NCBI GenBank assembly: GCA_038087875.1
Contig: JAXLNO010000655.1
Coordinates: 558,001-620,429 of the forward strand
Direction: 5' to 3'
DNA length: 62,429 bases
DNA from: Malacoraja senta
Lineage: Eukaryota
Below the pieces are notes generated by a model. That model saw only the letters and a list, made by a program, of their open reading frames with translations. It was not told the origin of the DNA and did not search any database. The position numbers and the translations under genes were made by a program. Within the stretch, counting starts at the first letter, position 1. Every line of letters starts with the position of its first letter. This document shows, one piece after another, positions 23,860 through 36,240 of the stretch.

Positions 23860-24575
23860 TACAGTCATAGAGTATACACCATGGAAACAGGCCATTTGGC
23901 CCAACCTGCTCAAACCGACCAACATGTCCCGTCTACACTAGATCCACCTGCCTGCGTTTGGCACATATCCATATCCATATTTGGCCCTGCGTTTGGCCCA
24001 TATCCCTCTAAACCTGTCCTATCCATGTACTTGTCTAAATGTTTCTTAAACATTGCGATAGTCCCAGCCTCAACTACCTCCTCCAGCAGCTCGTTCAATA
24101 CACCCATCACCCTTTGTGTGAAAAAGTTACCCCTCAGGGATCCTATTAATTCTTTCCCCTTTCACCTTAAGCTTATTTCCTCTGGCTCTCGATTCCCCTA
24201 CTCTGGGCAAGAGTCTGAGCGTTTACTCGATGTATTCCTCTCATCATTGTATACACCTCTATAAGATCATCCCTCATCCTCCTGCGCTCCAAGGAATAGA
24301 GTCCCAGCCTACTCAACCTCCGCCTATAGTTCACACCCTCGAGCCCTGGCAACATCCTCGAAAATCTTCTCTGTACCCTTTCCAGCTTGACAACATCTTT
24401 CCTATAACACGGTGCCCAGAACTGAACGCAGTACTCTAAATGCGACCTCACCAACGTCTTATACAACTGCAACGTGACCTTCCAACTTCTATACTCAATA
24501 CTCTGACTGATGAAGGCGAATGTGCCAAAAGCCTTTTTGACCGCATTATCTACCCGCGACTCCACCTTCAAGGTA
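23860..24575 (-). mobile_element. CR1 3' fragment
   Basis: LKVESRVDNAVKKAFG..LYKTLVRSHLEYCVQFW..ERVQRRFSRMLPGL plus 3'UTR. Confidence 0.9.
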
Positions 24576-24581
24576 TGCAAT

Positions 24582-25023
<442 letters not shown>

Positions 25024-25223
25024 NNNNNNNNNNNNNNNNNNNNNNNNNNNNNNNNNNNNNNNNNNNNNNNNNNNNNNNNNNNNNNNNNNNNNNNNNNNNN
25101 NNNNNNNNNNNNNNNNNNNNNNNNNNNNNNNNNNNNNNNNNNNNNNNNNNNNNNNNNNNNNNNNNNNNNNNNNNNNNNNNNNNNNNNNNNNNNNNNNNNN
25201 NNNNNNNNNNNNNNNNNNNNNNN
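25024..25223. other. Assembly gap (200 N)
   Basis: Run of 200 N; true size unknown. Confidence 0.99.
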
Positions 25224-25437
25224 GACAAAGCCAAGCTGGGACAATAATTACACTGTATTGCCTTCCCAACCTGTGTTCTCTAATCTGCTTATCGTCACTT
25301 CGAGCCCGCACGCCAACTTCTAGCGCTGTGGTGGCGCAGGGTGGTTTAATAGGTGGTTCGATGCCAACGATGCCTGGTAAATGTGAGAAATAATACTGCA
25401 TAAAAACAAGGCATTAAACTTGCCGAAGGAATCGATC

Positions 25438-25596
25438 CAGACACAAAATGCTGGAGTAACTCCGTCTGAAGAAGGGTCTCGACCCGAAACGTCACCCATT
25501 CCTTCTCTCCGGGGATGCTGCCTGTCCCGCTGAGTTACTCCAGCATTTTGTGTCTATCTTCGATTTAAACCAGCATCTGCAGTTCTTTCCTATACA
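25438..25596 (+). mobile_element. PLE-derived mini-insertion with short 5' inversion
   Basis: Perfect 13-bp TSD GAAGGAATCGATC at 25425-25437 and 25597-25609. Confidence 0.85.
25464..25495 (+). ncRNA. Minimal type-I hammerhead-like motif
   Basis: GT-CTGAAGA-A-GGGTC-TC-GACCC-GAAA-C-GTC-AC; predicted GUC site ends at 25493; palindromic ACGT stem III; stem I only 2 bp. Confidence 0.6.
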
Positions 25597-25992
25597 GAAG
25601 GAATCGATCTTACAGTAGACGTGGTTTTGCTTCTTGGAGCCTCCGTTAGATGAAGAGCAGGTGGAGCTGACCGCCATACCCCAAAAGTCTGAGCAGAATA
25701 CAAATTCCTGGAGGCGCTCAACAGGACAGGCAGTGTCCGTGGAGGGAAATGACCAGGCGATGTTTCGGGTTGGGACCCTCCTTCAGACTGATTGGAGTCA
25801 GGGGCAGAATGCTGGAAAAAGGGAGGTCAGGGTGGGACAAAATCACAGGTGCATAGAAAGAAGGACCCCGACCCGAAATTTCACCTATCCATGTTATCCA
25901 GAGCTGCTGCCTGACCCGCTGTGTTGCTCCAGCACTTAAATTTTTTTTTTTTAATTTTAATTTTTATTACAGGTGAGGATTCAATTGCCAGA

Positions 25993-26294
25993 TTTAGTTT
26001 AGTTTAGAGATACAGCACGAAAACAGGCCCTTGGGCCCACCGTCCGCGCCGACCAGCGATCCCCGCACACTAACACTATCCTACACACACTAGGGACAAT
26101 TTACAATTATACCAACCCAATTAGCCGACAAAGCTTTACGTCTTTGGAATGTGGGAGGAAACCAGAGATCCCGGCGAACACCCCTGCAGGTCACGGGGAG
26201 AACGTACAAACTCCGTACAGACAGCACCCGTGGTTAGGATCGAACCCGGGTCTCTGGCGCTGTAAGGTAGCAACTCTACCGCTGTGCCACCGTG
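25993..26294 (-). mobile_element. HE1-like V-SINE
   Basis: Full-length copy. Confidence 0.88.
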
Positions 26295-26392
26295 ATGAGT
26301 GGAGTACATGACAAAGCTAGAAGTGAAAAGGAGAACAAATGGTGTCAGATAAGGGGAGAAGAGGAAGTGTGAAATGTAAAGTCGGAGGGAGG

Positions 26393-26570
26393 GATGGGGT
26401 CAAGGAAAGAGCGTTCACGTCGTGGCCCTGTTTCCACCAATCTTTCCACCACCACACACAAGAAGCACAAGAAGCGACAAGGCAGACACCATTGTATGCA
26501 GATGCCGAGAAGTGTGTTCAGTTCTGGCTGAACAACTTGTAATCTTGTGTGTGGACTCGATAAGAAGAAG
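26393..26570 (+). mobile_element. ~180-bp retroposon with (AAG)n tail, possibly Vingi/Ingi-derived
   Basis: Second copy at 36050-36240; ends EKCVQFWLNNL* then GGACTCGATAAGAAGAAG. Confidence 0.55.
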
Positions 26571-27112
26571 CGGGAGGGATAGGGGGTGGAAGGGGAAAGG
26601 GGAAGGCAAAAGAGAGAGGATAAATAATACTCAGGGATGGGAGCCGATTGTATGGAGGGGAACATTTCTTCAATCGGTCTGAAGAAAAGCTTCAACCCAA
26701 ATCGTCACCTGTCTATTCCCTCCACAGATGCTGCCTGACCCACTGACTTCCTCCAGTTCTTTGTATTTTCCGCAAAATTCCAACATCTGCAGTTCCTTGT
26801 GCCTCCAAGTGTGGATTCTGCCTCTTGATCTGAAAGCTGAAGAGGCAGGATTAATATTTCTCTGAAGTTGCTATGGTGACTCAACATAAGGTGAAATATC
26901 AGAGCGTGTTTTAAAAATGTCTTTTGTTGTTGATATCTCTGCAGATTCTCCTCGCCCCTGGAGCATGATGACACGGTGCCCCTGGTAAGGCTCACAACTA
27001 CCTCCGTAGAAATTGGGGCCCTTATCTCAATGAGCTAGTGCCTGCTCTATAGGTCGGGTAAACCCACAGATATGTCACTGATTCATTCAAGTGGGAATGA
27101 GGCAGATGATTG

Positions 27113-27319
27113 TGCAGGAAGGAACTGCAGATGCTGGTCTAAACCGAGGATAGACACAAACGGCTGGAGTAACTCAACGGGTCAGAGAGCATCTCTGGAG
27201 AAAAGGAATAGGTGACGTTTCGGGTCTGAAGAAGGGTCTCGAGCTGAAACGTCGCCTATTCCTTTTCCCCAGAGATGCTGTCTGACCCGCTGAGTTACTC
27301 CAGCATTTTTGTTTCTATC
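27113..27319. mobile_element. Fold-back PLE-derived mini-insertion
   Basis: Two inverted 3'-end copies meeting at the hammerhead core; TSD TGAGGCAGAT(GA/AG)TTG. Confidence 0.8.
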
Positions 27320-27604
27320 TGAGGCAGATAGTTGCCAGGTCTGACATGTTGTCTCTGAGTCATTGCGGACATGTTGTGATCCGTTCTCTGAGTCATTGCG
27401 GGGTGCTGTGTGGGGAGTGTGTCGTGGGTTGAGTTGAACAGACGACCTATGAAGGCTGATTCCCAAACCTCTCCTCCGTTAGGTCACTCCTCAGTGTGGG
27501 AGTGCAGCAGGCCCTTTGGTAGAAATTGTTAGTCACAACTGTGTGTGAGGCAAGATCACGTCAAGTTACTGGCTCTTGTCCAAACGGTTTGATCGATTAG
27601 CTCG

Positions 27605-28012
27605 AGAGCCCATTTATACCTCACGCTGCCTCTGCAAGGCAACCAGCATAATCAAGGACGAGTCTCACCCCGAGTCTCACTCACTCTTCTCCCCTCTCCC
27701 ATCGGGCAAGAGGTGCAGAAGTGTGAAAACTCACACCTACAGATTCAGGGGACTGTTTCTTCCTAGCTGTTAACACCATCCTATTAACAACTAGAGAGCG
27801 GTCCTGAGCTACAAATCGTTGAAGATGCTCGGAATATCTTTAATCGGATTTTACTGGACTTTATCTTGCACTAAACGTTATTCCCTTCATCATGTATCAG
27901 TACACTGTGGATGGCTTGATTGTAATCATGACTTGTCTTTCTGCTGACTGACAGGCACGCAACACAACAAAAGCTTTTCAGTACATGTGACTATAAACGA
28001 AACTAAACTAAA
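27605..28012 (+). mobile_element. Rex/Babar 3' fragment with 3'UTR
   Basis: IYTSRCLCKATSIIKDESHP..LFSPLPSGKR; (ACTAA)n tail. Confidence 0.8.
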
Positions 28013-28199
28013 CAATTTAACACAGGGAAGCTTAAATTCTAATGGTTTAATAAATGCAGAATGTAAACAAAGTGTTAGCGTTGAGCCCAGATTTCATCAC
28101 TGTGAGAGAGTGGCTCAGCCAACATGGCCATTGTGCCACAAATATACCTGATCACAAAACTATCAGATTGCTTCTGCGTCACTACTCAATAAGAATGAC

Positions 28200-28515
28200 G
28201 GGTGGCATGGTGGCGCAGCGGTAGAGTTGCTGCCTTGCTGGATCAGAGACCCTGGGTTCGATCCCGACTACGGGTGCTGTCTGTACGGAGCTTGTTCGTT
28301 CTCCCCGTGACCTGCGTGGGTTTTCTCCGACATCTTCGGTTTCCTCCCACACTCCAAAGACGCACAGGTTTGTAGGTTAATTGGGCTTGGTATAAATGTA
28401 AATTGTCCCTAGTGTGTGTAGGATAGTGTTAATGTGTGGGAAGCCCTGTTCGGCGCGGACTCGGTGGGCCGAAGGCCTGTTTCCACGCTGTGTCTCTAAA
28501 CTTAACTAAACTAAA
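28200..28515 (+). mobile_element. HE1-like V-SINE
   Basis: Full-length copy. Confidence 0.88.
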
Positions 28516-28989
28516 ATACCTGAGATGATCTTTTAACTTAGCATCACTTGCCTGCACTAACCCCATTGATCATCCCATGGTTGTTTATCTTAGTGTAGTC
28601 TTGGTGTGTAAAGATGGAGTCTTCTTGAGAGTCTTTTGACTTTTCCTTGGATCCTGAATAGAGCCACAAATCGAGCAATAGAGACCAGCATCGCTCAAGT
28701 AACGCCCCTGAGGGGCAGGGGAGCGCCAGACGTTGCTACCAGCCACCTCTTGTGTCAGCGGAGACCCGTTCCTTCCCAGCTGTTATCAGGCAACTGAATA
28801 CTCCTCTCATCAGCTAGAGTGTTGTCCTGACCTCCCATCTACCTCATTGGAGACCTTTGAACTATCATTAATCGGACTTTATTGGACTTCAATGTTATGC
28901 CTTTGTTGTACCCTTCATATTCTGGGCTCCATGCAAGACTGAGGTGTTGACAGAAGTTCGAACAAGGCCTTGCTTCTTTCTAGGAATGC

Positions 28990-29170
28990 ACCACCGTTTC
29001 AAAGAAGGGCATGTGGTGTCTTGGCCAATATCTGCCCTTCAATCGACCTCACTTGGTCACTGTCACATGACCGTCCATGGGATCTTGCTGTGTACAACTT
29101 CCTGCCCCATCATGCATTGCAACCGTGAAGATGCATCATAATCACCTCATCGGCTGTAGGGTAGTTTTGT
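28990..29170 (+). repeat. Decayed Deu-SINE (SacSINE1/AmnSINE-like) relic
   Basis: GGTGTCTTGGCCAATAT..CCCT..GGGATCTTGCTGTG..CATCGGCTGTA resembles the Deu-domain and L2 tail as recalled; not database-verified. Confidence 0.5.
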
Positions 29171-29450
29171 GAACCGTAGATCTACGAGCCTTCAAGAGGA
29201 TTGTCGCCTTGCAACGATAGATCTTCTAATATTAATGACTAGACATAACTTCCCATGGTGGGTGTACGGAGAAATTCCTTTAGTCTGAGGGTGGTGAATC
29301 TGTGGAATTCATTGCCATGGAAGGCTGTGGAGGCCAAGCCAGTGGATATTTTTTAAGACAGAGATAGGTTCTTGATTAATACGGGTGTCAGGGGTTATGG
29401 GGACAAGGCTGGAGAATGGGGTTAGGAGGGAGAGGTAGATCTGCCATGAT

Positions 29451-31058
29451 CAGGGCCAGATTTACGTATAAGCCTCACAAGCTTAAGCTTAGGGCCTCGA
29501 GATCTAGGGGGGCCTCGGCAGGGCCGGATTTACCTATAGGCTGCAGCCTAGGGCCTCAAAATCTAGGCGGCCTACGGCCAAGGTGTTTTTTTCCCAGAGT
29601 AAAAAAAATTGGAGCGCTATCAGCGTTTCCACTTTGACGGAAATTACCCGAAATTCTGGTTCCGGCCCGCTGGAAGTTTTGGGGAAAACAATTGTGACCA
29701 TCCGCGCAGTTGGGGGAAGCCGGTGACGCAGTAGCGAAATGATGCTGTCTCTCTGCGCGTGCGCAGTGGGCCCAGGCGGGTTCAGATCTCCATTTGCACT
29801 CCACACAATCACCTCGATGCCTCGTGTCTACCAAAGATCATAGGTGTCTACTCCAGTAGGTAGTGGAATATTGCATTGCGGGAATGCCTGTTTCTCCGGG
29901 CTGGGGGTGGGGGCTGCGGTGTCTATGGCGTGGAGTCGGAGCCTCGCTGCATGGGAGGGAGAGAGAGGGGGAGGGAGGGAGAGAGAGGGGGGAATGTGAG
30001 AGGGGGAAAGGGGGGGGTTGAGACAGAATGGGGAGAGAGAGATGGGGAGGGAGAGAGGTGGAGGGAGAGGGAGGGGGAAGGAGGAGGGGGGAGAGGGAAA
30101 GGGGGATTATTTTTAGTGAGATTGCAAAATTAAGGTAGGTTTTAGAGCTATTATATTTTTTCCTCCATATGAATAATATCAAACAATTGGAACTGCTTTC
30201 TTTTCCTTGATAACAATACTGAAAAATATGTATTCCCTAGTTTGCGACTTTCATTTTGCATCATATTTTTAATGTGCACACACTAATACAGTCGAACAGT
30301 AACAGGCAATCAAATCAACACACAAAATATTTTCTAAAAAAAGGTTATATTTACTGCAAAAACTTACAGTATTTTATTCGCAGTGCTCGTCTATAACATT
30401 TTACATAACATGTTACAGTACAACTTGATTATTAAAACAAGGACAGTTTCAATTCTTGATTTAAAAAAATGTATACAACAATAACCCCAATCATCCCATT
30501 CCAACCATTCATTACTCTTGACTCAACCAAAATTAGTTCTGAAATATTGGTCATAAATTTGATGCAAAAATGCTCCAAAATAAGGCTCAGAATGCACCAG
30601 AGAGCATCTAAAACCCCAGAGCTTCAAGGGTCTTTGAGCTTCGTGCTTGAGATATGCGCTGTGTGCACTTCTTTCACATAATTTTTTTGTAATCCTGCCA
30701 TGCCACCCCCCTTTTTGAAAAACTTCGTACGGGCCTGGTGTATAATATTTTTGACACTGTTATAGGCCTTTCTTACATAAGCTGTCACAACGCACTGTAG
30801 TCTCTAAACAACACTTCAGTAATTTTCCTTGCCCTCCATTTCAGAATAATAGTGTTTTAAGCCGATAACTCAACACTAGCACTGGTAATAAATAAAAAGC
30901 GCAGCTTTCCAGCCCTTATCTCATTGGCCACGCTCGGCTACACATCGGTGTCAATCTGGTGGACTCTTCCATCTTCCTCTCATCGTGGGGATGGGGGATT
31001 GGGAGGGGCCTCACAAGTGGAATAGCCTAGGGCCTCTCTTCATCTAAATCCGGCCCTG
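29451..31058. mobile_element. Non-autonomous hAT DNA transposon (1608 bp)
   Basis: TIR CAGGGCC(A/G)GATTTA ... TAAATCCGGCCCTG; perfect 8-bp TSD GCCATGAT (29443-29450, 31059-31066); interrupts a CR1 3'UTR; no transposase ORF. Confidence 0.9.
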
Positions 31059-31153
31059 GCCATGATTGAATGGCGGAGCAGAGTTGATGGGCCGAATGGC
31101 CTAATTCTGCTCCTATCGCTTGTGAACAAGAATTTATAGGAAGGAACTGTGGA

Positions 31154-33420
31154 ACTGTGGAGAGTGACATTGTTAATTCAGAAACAATGGTTCTGAACTT
31201 AAAGAAAGGTAACTTTGAGGGTATGAGACATGAATTGGCCATGATTGACTGGCAATTAATTCTAAAAGGGTTGACGGTGGACATGCAATGGAAGACATTT
31301 AAAGACTGCATGGATGAACTACAAAAATTGTTCATCCCAGTTTGGCAAAAGAATAAATCAGGGAAGGTAGTGCATCCGTGGATAACAAGGGAAATCAGGG
31401 ATGGTATCAAAGCAAAAGATGATGCGTACAAATTAGCCAGAAAAAGCAGCATACCAGAGGACTGGGAGAAATTCAGAGACCAGCAGAGGAGGACAAAGGG
31501 CTTAATTAGGAAAGGAAAAATAGATTATGAAAGAAAACTGGCAGGGAACATAAAAACTGACTGCAAAAGTTTTTATAAATATGTAAAAAGAAAGAGATTA
31601 GTTAAAACAAATGTAGGTCCCTTGCAGTCAGAAACAGGTGAGTTGATCATGGGGAACAAGGATATGGCAGACCAATTGAATAACTACTTTGGTTCCGTCT
31701 TCACTAAGGAAGACATAAATAATCTGCCGGAAATAGCAGGGGACCGCGGGTCAAAGGAGTTGGAGGAATTGAGTGAAATCCAGGTTAGTCGGGAAGTGGT
31801 TTTGGGTAAATTGAATGGATTAAAGGCCGATAAATCCCCAGGGCCAGATAGGCTGCATCCCAGAGTACTTAAGGAAGTAGCTCCAGAAATAGTGGATGCA
31901 TTAGTAATAATCTTTCAAAATTCTTTAGATTCTGGAGTAGTTCCTGAGGATTGGCGGGTAGCAAACGTAACCCCACTTTTTAAGAAGGGAGGGAGAGAGA
32001 AAACGGGGAATTACAGACCAGTTAGTCTAACATCGGTAGTGGGGAAACTGCTAGAGTCAGTTATTAAAGATGGGATAGCAGCACATTTGGAAAGTGGTGA
32101 AATCATTGGACAAAGTCAGCATGGATTTACGAAAGGTAAATCATGTCTGACGAATCTTATAGAATTTTTCGAGGATGTAACTAGTAGCGTGGATAGGGGA
32201 GAACCAGTGGATGTGGTGTATCTGGACTTCCAGAAGGCTTTCGACAAGGTCCCACATAAGAGATTAGTATACAAACTTAAAGCACATGGCATTGGGGGTT
32301 CAGTATTGATGTGGATAGAGAACTGGCTGGCAAACAGGAAGCAAAGAGTAGGAGTAAACGGGTCCTTTTCACAATGGCAGGCAGTGACTAGTGGGGTACC
32401 GCAAGGCTCAGTGCTGGGACCCCAGCTATTTACAATATATATTAATGACCTGGATGAGGGAATTGAAGGCAATATCTCCAAGTTTGCGGATGACACTAAG
32501 CTGGGGGGCAGTGTTAGCTGTGAGGAGGATGCTAGGAGACTGCAAGGTGACTTGGATAGGCTGGGTGAGTGGGCAAATGTTTGGCAGATGCAGTATAATG
32601 TGGATAAATGTGAGGTTATCCATTTTGGTGGCAAAAACAGGAAAGCAGACTATTTTCTAAATGGTGGCCGACTAGGAAAAGGGGAGATGCAGCGAGACCT
32701 GGGTGTCATGGTACACCAGTCATTGAAAGTAGGCATGCAGGTGCAGCAGGCAGTGAAGAAAGCGAATGGTATGTTAGCTTTCATAGCAAAAGGATTTGAG
32801 TATAGGAGCAGGGAGGTTCTACTGCAGTTGTACAGGGTCTTGGTGAGACCACACCTGGAGTATTGCGTACAGTTTTGGTCTCCAAATCTGAGGAAGGACA
32901 TTATTGCCATAGAGGGAGTGCAGAGAAGGTTCACCAGACTGATTCCTGGGATGTCAGGACTGTCTTATGAAGAAAGACTGGATAGATTTGGTTTATACTC
33001 TCTAGAATTTAGGAGATTGAGAGGGGATCTTATAGAAACTTACAAAATTCTTAAGGGGTTGGACAGGCTAGATGCAGGAAGATTGCTCCCGATGTTGGGG
33101 AAGTCCAGGACAAGGGGTCACAGCTTAAGGATAAGGGGGAAATCCTTTAAAACCGAGATGAGAAGAACTTTTTTCACACAGAGAGTGGTGAATCTCTGGA
33201 ACTCTCTGCCACAGAGGGTAGTCGAGGCCAGTTCATTGGCTATATTTAAGAGGGAGCTAGATGTGGCCCTTGTGGCTAAAGGGATCAGAGGGTATGGAGA
33301 GAAGGCAGGTACGGGATACTGAGTTGGATGATCAGCCATGATCATATTGAATGGCGGTGCAGGCTCGAAGGGCCGAATGGCCTACTCCTGCACCTAATTT
33401 CTATGTTTCTATGTTTCTAT
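31154..33420 (+). mobile_element. CR1 LINE, 5'-truncated, young
   Basis: Open RT frame, 3'UTR hairpin and (TTTCTATG)n tail. Confidence 0.95.
31157..33322 (+). CDS. CR1 ORF2 reverse transcriptase portion (endonuclease lost by truncation)
   Basis: KSPGPDRLHPRVLKE, GNYRPVSLTS, YLDFQKAFDKV, SGVPQGSVLGP, KFADDTK, RPHLEYCVQFW; 721 codons without a stop. Confidence 0.92.
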   Translation: MESDIVNSETMVLNLKKGNFEGMRHELAMIDWQLILKGLTVDMQWKTFKDCMDELQKLFIPVWQKNKSGKVVHPWITREIRDGIKAKDDAYKLARKSSIPEDWEKFRDQQRRTKGLIRKGKIDYERKLAGNIKTDCKSFYKYVKRKRLVKTNVGPLQSETGELIMGNKDMADQLNNYFGSVFTKEDINNLPEIAGDRGSKELEELSEIQVSREVVLGKLNGLKADKSPGPDRLHPRVLKEVAPEIVDALVIIFQNSLDSGVVPEDWRVANVTPLFKKGGREKTGNYRPVSLTSVVGKLLESVIKDGIAAHLESGEIIGQSQHGFTKGKSCLTNLIEFFEDVTSSVDRGEPVDVVYLDFQKAFDKVPHKRLVYKLKAHGIGGSVLMWIENWLANRKQRVGVNGSFSQWQAVTSGVPQGSVLGPQLFTIYINDLDEGIEGNISKFADDTKLGGSVSCEEDARRLQGDLDRLGEWANVWQMQYNVDKCEVIHFGGKNRKADYFLNGGRLGKGEMQRDLGVMVHQSLKVGMQVQQAVKKANGMLAFIAKGFEYRSREVLLQLYRVLVRPHLEYCVQFWSPNLRKDIIAIEGVQRRFTRLIPGMSGLSYEERLDRFGLYSLEFRRLRGDLIETYKILKGLDRLDAGRLLPMLGKSRTRGHSLRIRGKSFKTEMRRTFFTQRVVNLWNSLPQRVVEASSLAIFKRELDVALVAKGIRGYGEKAGTGY

Positions 33421-34016
33421 GATACTGGCTTACATCGAAGATAGACACAAAATGCTGAAGCAGCTCAGTGGGCCAGGCCGCATCTCTGGAGAAAAGGAAT
33501 AGGTGACGTTTCAGGTCGAGACCCTTCTTCCCATGATGAGTTAAGTTGATTGAGGCATCAATTATGAGAACTGAATGCAATGTTTGTGACGATAGAGAGA
33601 CAGACTGGCGTAACTGGAGTCATCCAACACCCATGTACTATCTCCACGCTAACTGCAATGTGTTTTAAAACACTTGTTCACTAAGATCTAGGTTGGATGT
33701 TGGAAGAACTGCTCCCGGCACTTAGTGAGAAACCTTTACGTTTGGCCAATAAAGGTTCAGTACTACTAAACTGAATCATTTTTGTGACATTTCCATGGAA
33801 ACTCTTATCAGGAATATGAGTTTGGTTCGCAGGCCGAATCATTCGATGGCGACGGAGGAAGGCCTTGCAGGAGCCTGGGGCTTACCTGGATAGGGAGGTG
33901 CTCCAGAACATCGAGTGCGTGTGTGGACATGACTTTGGGCTTTGGAAATGGCACCAAAACATGGTGGCGCCTGCGTGTGTAAATATGCAAAGAGAATTTC
34001 ACTGCAGTTGTGCATG

Positions 34017-34320
34017 TTTAGTTTAGTTTAGTTTAGAGATACAGCGCGGAATTCACTGGGTCCGCGCCGACCAGCGATCTTCGCATATTACACTATCCTA
34101 CACCCACTAGGGACAATTCGTACATTTACCAAGCCAATTAACCGACATACCTGAACGTCTTTGGAGTGTTGGAGGAAACCGAAGATCTCGGAGGAAACCC
34201 ACGCAGGTCACAGGGAGAAAGTACAAACTCCGTACAGACAGCACCCGTAGTCGGGATCGAACCCGGGTCTCAGGAGCTGCATTCGCTGTAAGGCAGCAAC
34301 TCTACTGCTGCGCCACTGTG
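34017..34320 (-). mobile_element. HE1-like V-SINE
   Basis: Near full-length copy. Confidence 0.85.
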
Positions 34321-34436
34321 ACTGCCAACATGTGACAATAACGCACCATTGAACCACTGAGTAGCAGAATATCTTGGACGTTGCATGTGGTATAGTATGA
34401 CTGAAGCACATCCGAGTAATGTGTTTGGTTTCAAAG

Positions 34437-34630
34437 GTTTAAGTTAGAGATAGAGATACAGCGCAGAAACAGGCCCTTTGGCCCACTGGCTCCATGCCAA
34501 CCAACAATCCCAATACACCAGAACTATCCGACACCCTGGAGACAACTTACAATTTTTACCGAAGCCAAATTAACCGACAAATCTGTGCATCTTTGGAGAG
34601 TGGGAGGGGCACCCGGGGAAAACCCACACG
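34437..34630 (-). mobile_element. HE1-like V-SINE, 3' half
   Basis: Tail and V-domain only. Confidence 0.75.
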
Positions 34631-35039
34631 GTAGGGTGGGTGGATTCAGGGTGAAAAGGAGCTTAAAATCTGAAGACGGGTTCTGACCCAAATCATCACC
34701 TATTCCTTTTCTCCAGAGATGCTGCCTGACCCGCTGAGTTATTCTGGCTTTTTGTGTCTATCTAAAGCATGTCAGATAAGGAGAGAAGAAGAGGAGTGAA
34801 ATGTAAAGCCGGGGGGGGGGGGGGGGGGAGGGGGGAGGGGAAAGAGTGGGATGGAGCAGGGCAGAGGGGAAAGGCGGGGATAATAGGGAATTGTGGGACT
34901 TAAGGATGGGAGATGAATGAACAAGGAGGGGATAAGAACAGGGTGACGGGTAGGGTGCGAGAGGGGAGGAGAAAAAGGAGCGGACCAGGTCACGAAGGGG
35001 GCACAGGAAAGAGAGACGTGATAAGGGGCTGTTGACATA

Positions 35040-35345
35040 GGGCGGCACAGTGGTGGAGTTGCTGCCTTACTGCGCCAGAGACATGGGTTCGATCCTGGCT
35101 ACAGACGCTTGTCTGTATGGAGTTTGTACGTTCTCCCCGTGACCATGTCTGTTTTGTCAGCTTTACTTACACACTCCAAAGACGGGCAGGTTCGTAGGTT
35201 AATTGGCTCTGGTAAAAATTGTAAATTGTCCCTTGTGTGTGTGTGTGTGTGTGTGTGTAGGACAGTGTACGTGTGTGGGGATCGCTGGTCGGCGCGGACT
35301 CGGTGGGCTGAAGAGCCTGTTTCCGGCGCTGAATCTCTGAATAAC
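35040..35345 (+). mobile_element. HE1-like V-SINE
   Basis: Full-length with internal (GT)n expansion. Confidence 0.85.
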
Positions 35346-35520
35346 ACGAAACTGCTTGAAATTGTAGAATTCGTTGCTCACACTGTTGTGTTGTAAGCTA
35401 GCCAAGCCGAACGTTTCTTCAGTGATGAGGTCCCTGAATCATTCCGTCTCTCCTGTGCACTCTGTAGAAAATCACCTGATGTACATTTTACCTCCCTCCC
35501 CCTCTCGTTCATTTGCTGCC

Positions 35521-35650
35521 TCTGATTAGGTCGGTGTCCCTGCAACTCTGATTAGGTCGGTGTCCCTGCAACTCTGATTAGGTCGGTGTCCCTGCAACTC
35601 TGATTAGGTCGGTGTCCCTGCAACTCTGATTAGGTCGGTGTCCCTGCAAC
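35521..35650. repeat. Minisatellite, 5 perfect copies of a 26-bp unit
   Basis: TCTGATTAGGTCGGTGTCCCTGCAAC x5, no spacers. Confidence 0.97.
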
Positions 35651-36049
35651 TTCCCCGGCACTTTATACTTTGATGAACAAAAATTGTCATGTTACACGCA
35701 GCGACCTTTGTGAGGACATTTCAGGGGCTGCTGCAGGATGCGAAAGGCGGGTTGAAAACTGGCAACCGAGTCTGACGGAAAGAAAAATAGACTTCAGAGC
35801 AGCTGAGGGAGAAGGTGCTGTGTCGGCACCTCCCCCCTCAGCTAACAATGAACCACTCTACTTTTCCTTATCAGCATCTGCTTTAATCTATCGTTTTCAC
35901 ATCTTACCCTTCCATATCGCGAGACTCCCTCTCCCCTGACTCTCAGTCGGAAGAAGGGTCTCGACCCGAAACTTCCGTCACCCAATTCCTTCCCTCCAGA
36001 GATGCTGCCGGTCCCGCTGAGTTACACCAGCATTTTGTCTCCATCATAA

Positions 36050-36240
36050 GAAGTCTTCTTCTTATTGAGTCCACACACAAGATTAGAAGTTGTTCAGCCA
36101 GAGCTGAACACACTTCTCGGCATCTGCATACAATGGTGTCTGTCTTGTGCTTCTTGTGCTTCTTGCGCTTCTTGTGCGTGGTGGTGGAAAGATTGGTGGA
36201 AACAGGGCCGCAACAAGAACGCTCTTTCCTTGACCCCATC
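36050..36240 (-). mobile_element. Second copy of the ~180-bp (AAG)n-tailed retroposon
   Basis: Homologous to 26393-26570; CCATCATAA repeated at 36041-36049 and 36236-36244. Confidence 0.6.

Noticed and set aside
35521..35650. CRISPR-like array
   Set aside because: Head-to-tail units with no spacers, no cas genes, eukaryotic context.
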